This document shows positions 63,184-64,000 of a DNA stretch of 64,000 bases, in pieces. The stretch comes from Felis catus (taxonomy: Eukaryota): contig NC_058368.1 in the NCBI RefSeq assembly GCF_018350175.1, forward strand, positions 141,300,001-141,364,000, read 5' to 3'. Made by a program: the position numbers and the translations under genes. The number at the start of each line of letters is the position of its first letter. The first letter of the stretch is position 1. The notes below the pieces were generated by a model. It searched no databases. It had not been told where the DNA came from and saw nothing but the letters and a program-made list of their open reading frames with translations.

Positions 63184-64000
63184 AAAAGTCACTTAGTAGG
63201 AACTCCCATTCTTATATCTGTCTACCTTCCCTCACAAGTACTAATAATTTGTGATTACCATACCATGCTGTCAACACAAGAAAAGGAATAAAATGGAGGA
63301 GCACCAGAGCCTTTTGCCAGAAAATATAAACTAGGTTATCTTGTATGTCTGTGTTAGAAAACCTTCTGCTCAGGCATTCAGATCTCTTTTTCATTCATTA
63401 TCAGATTCTCTGTTATTCATTATTCACATCTATGGGAATTCTGTCCTACCATTCTAAGGTTGCCTGTGGCCACCTCCATGAAAATGCACTTCTCCTATGA
63501 AATACAAACCCAGAACTAGCCACATCTTCCACTGGTAATTGGTAGTAAAAGAAACAGGGCTGAGAGTGGAGCTGGGAACCGTACAACATAATAATTTCAG
63601 GATCACTGAAATCTTCAGGACAGCAAACCTACCTATGTACAAAATAGAGACTGTCACAATATCATTTTCAAATTTTAACAGACTACTTGACCATATAGGA
63701 TTCCTCAAAATGCTTATAGCTTATTTATTATATGTAATGTAATTTTATAGTCAGGGAGTTAATAAAGTAAAAACTACTATGGGTTTCCTGTAATTTTCAT
63801 TAACAATATTTTTGCTTTAGATTTCCATTTTCTTTCCCTTAAGAAGTTGGCAAAGAAATATTTTCTGGTTCAACTGTTACAAGCTAAGCTTCTTTGCATA
63901 TTGCACAGCAGAAGGGCCATGAAGCTAAGACCTCTTCAGTAACATCCTATCACCTTCAATAAGGAACCGTGCTGGATCAATGACACCAATGTTTTACCAC

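Noticed and set aside
59192..64000. Further WDR41 exon near the window end
   Set aside because: No minus-strand segment matched the expected upstream peptide; the next exon presumably lies outside the window.

Overview
Mammalian genomic DNA, almost certainly felid: the carnivore tRNA-derived SINEs are of the cat type and the young LINE-1 3' ends are cat-like. The window holds the 3' halves of two convergent genes. On the + strand are 12 coding exons of PDE8B (17605-47935; 496 C-terminal codons plus stop, covering the regulatory linker and the whole cAMP phosphodiesterase catalytic domain). On the - strand are the last 5 coding exons of WDR41 (59191-51778). All of these exons have canonical AG/GT boundaries, join in frame and contain no internal stops. 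The rest is intron/UTR filled with nested L1s, a split Tigger1, MER5 MITEs, MIR/L2 relics, an ERV LTR, about 16 CanSINEs and microsatellites. I see no wholly new multi-gene system. The best leads are: (1) a CpG-retaining, in-frame candidate internal/alternative first exon of PDE8B at ~5819-5977 encoding MFLLRPECHCYCVWK; (2) an orphan textbook splice acceptor at 7274-7312 followed directly by an in-phase stop; (3) a tailless U2 snRNA retrocopy inside a TG microsatellite; (4) possible 3'UTR overlap between the two genes, with a bidirectional poly(A) motif and three Pumilio elements. Gene identities and repeat family names come from my recollection of the sequences, not from a database search. 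Repeat boundaries are approximate.
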